This document shows positions 62,750 through 64,000 of a stretch of 64,000 nt of DNA, in pieces (positions within the stretch are counted from its first letter, which is position 1; each line of letters begins with the position of its first letter). This stretch comes from Vicinamibacterales bacterium (GTDB taxonomy: Bacteria > Acidobacteriota > Vicinamibacteria > Vicinamibacterales > UBA8438): NCBI GenBank assembly GCA_963662835.3, contig OZ245367.1:5163-69162 (forward strand). The letters are read 5' to 3'. The translations under genes and the position numbers were made by a program. The notes beneath the pieces are model-generated. The model was not told where the DNA came from and made no database searches. It saw only the letters and a program-made list of their open reading frames with translations.

Positions 62750-64000
62750 CCGACCAGACCTCCGGTGATCAGCGCGTCGTACTGCACGAGATCCGGGCGG
62801 GGAACGCGGACCACGGGAATGGTTGGAACCGGCGGACGAACCTGGGCCTGCACGCCCGCGTAGTCGCAGGGGTCGCCGGCGTCGAGACGGGCGCGAAGCG
62901 TCGCCTCCACCCGCCGCTCGCTGGTCGTGGCCGCCAGGTGCAACAGGCGCACGTACTCGACGTCGGCCCGCTCGCCGTGCGTCCGGCCGAGCACGTCATA
63001 CGCCGCCCGGAACACGAGCGACGGGAACAGCTCCTCCCGGAAGCGATACCGCGCGAACGCGCCCGGTTTCCGGACCAGACTCCCGATGATGTGGCGGTAG
63101 TCGATGCGGTGCTCCGCCTCGCCCCGCAGACGCGGCATCGTGCACAGCACCCGCCCCCCGTAGAGGACCTCCACCGTCGACGGATGCTGGCGCGCCTCGA
63201 CCGTGTGACCGATCAACCGCGACGGCACCGAATAGACCCGGCCGCCGACCCGGATCGTGCTCCACTTCCGCACCCGGCACTCGAACGTCGTGTACTCCGG
63301 GACCCGACCCGACGGCAACGGCTGCAGATACGGACGCTCCTCGGCCAGCCGGGCCGCCGCCGGTGCATTCCGCTCCTCGTCGACGGCCGCGCGCACGAAG
63401 CGCAGGTACGCCGCTTCGTCGACGAAGTCCCTCTCGCCCCGCAACAGCAACGCCTGCTCTATAGCCGTCGCCGTCCGGAAGTGCGCCTGCTCGGCCACCC
63501 CGTTCTCGTGCGGCTTCCCCGGCTGGATCCGCGACGAGCGCAGCCCGTAGTGGTCCAGCACCTGCCGGAACCGCACCGTCAACTGACGGCCGCCGCTGCG
63601 CCGCAGCTCGTGCGTCGCCGCCGACAGGTTGTCGTGACGAAGCACCGCCGGCACCGCGCCCAGCGTCCACAGCGCGCCCTGCAGGCCCGACACCAGCGCC
63701 TCGAACGTCTCGCTCAGCGCCAGCCCCACATACGTCCACCGGCTGTAGCTCAGCACCCACTCGAACAGCAGGTGCGGGAACGCCACGCCTCGAAGCGTCA
63801 CCCCCAGGTCGCTCAAGTCGGTGAAGTCGAACGCCGCTTCCCGACCCGGGACCGGAACCTGCTCGAAGTACACCTCGCGGTCGGGACCGTACTGAATCCG
63901 CCACTCGCGGATCCGCCGCTGCAGGGTCCGCAGCTGCCCCGGCTGAAAACGGCCCGGATACCGCCGGCACAGCGCCTTGAACAGCGTCAGCACCTGCAGC
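62746..64000 (-). CDS. istA: IS21-family transposase IstA (5' end beyond window)
   Basis: It is collinear with residues ~80-495 of copy A IstA. The ORF is open to the window edge. Confidence 0.8.
   Translation of the reverse strand, partial: LQVLTLFKALCRRYPGRFQPGQLRTLQRRIREWRIQYGPDREVYFEQVPVPGREAAFDFTDLSDLGVTLRGVAFPHLLFEWVLSYSRWTYVGLALSETFEALVSGLQGALWTLGAVPAVLRHDNLSAATHELRRSGGRQLTVRFRQVLDHYGLRSSRIQPGKPHENGVAEQAHFRTATAIEQALLLRGERDFVDEAAYLRFVRAAVDEERNAPAAARLAEERPYLQPLPSGRVPEYTTFECRVRKWSTIRVGGRVYSVPSRLIGHTVEARQHPSTVEVLYGGRVLCTMPRLRGEAEHRIDYRHIIGSLVRKPGAFARYRFREELFPSLVFRAAYDVLGRTHGERADVEYVRLLHLAATTSERRVEATLRARLDAGDPCDYAGVQAQVRPPVPTIPVVRVPRPDLVQYDALITGGLVG

Larger units (their letters stand above)
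61641..64000 (-). mobile_element. IS21-family insertion sequence, copy B (inverted relative to copy A; runs off the window)
   Basis: The end TGTTCAGCGTCAACTATTTTTGCCGGTTCGCG matches the right end of copy A. The istB and istA products differ from copy A by only a few residues. Confidence 0.85.

Overview
The window is high-GC (roughly two-thirds G+C by eye) and looks like a plasmid/ICE-type accessory region that has become a graveyard of mobile elements. I found no rRNA gene, no convincing tRNA gene and no CRISPR array.

Backbone genes:
- parA-parG partition pair (44909-45756).
- A wHTH Rep-like gene carrying two palindromes (42803-43756).
- A MobA/MobL relaxase (38328-40400), an RSF1010-type RepB primase, and a MobQ-like oriT (inverted repeat followed by GTATTGCGCCCC at 40448-40481).

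Mobile elements layered on top:
- Two inverted IS21-family copies. One splits repB with a 5-bp TCAGG duplication; the other truncates a DUF4276 gene.
- Two identical IS5-family copies 44 bp apart, with CTAG and TTAG duplications.
- An intact IS1634-family element with a TTTAGT duplication.
- An IS110-family element with long structured non-coding flanks.
- An IS1182-like remnant.
- Two Tn3-family remnants with a 38-bp IR ending ACGTTAAG.
- At least a dozen tyrosine- or serine-recombinase genes and fragments, almost all frameshifted or truncated.

Cargo:
- Two remnants of a type I-U/I-G CRISPR-Cas system, 41 kb apart and inverted: cas3 (HD plus most of the helicase) and cas7/csb1.
- Defence-type genes: GmrSD (DUF262/DUF1524), NYN, DUF4145, an AAA ATPase + DUF4276 pair, and a DNA methyltransferase tail.
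- A killer/antidote toxin-antitoxin pair.
- A Calx-beta/LRR/HExxH secreted protein and a PPC-domain membrane protein operon.

The least explained signals are:
- hix-like palindromes sitting exactly at breakpoints of Hin-type recombinase genes and at the cas3 truncation;
- three direct copies of one integrase family that bracket unrelated cargo;
- twin palindromes inside the Rep-like ORF;
- a tRNA-like long hairpin at 19922-20036;
- sharp low-GC islets of orphan genes.

All family assignments come from motif recognition by eye. No database search was run.
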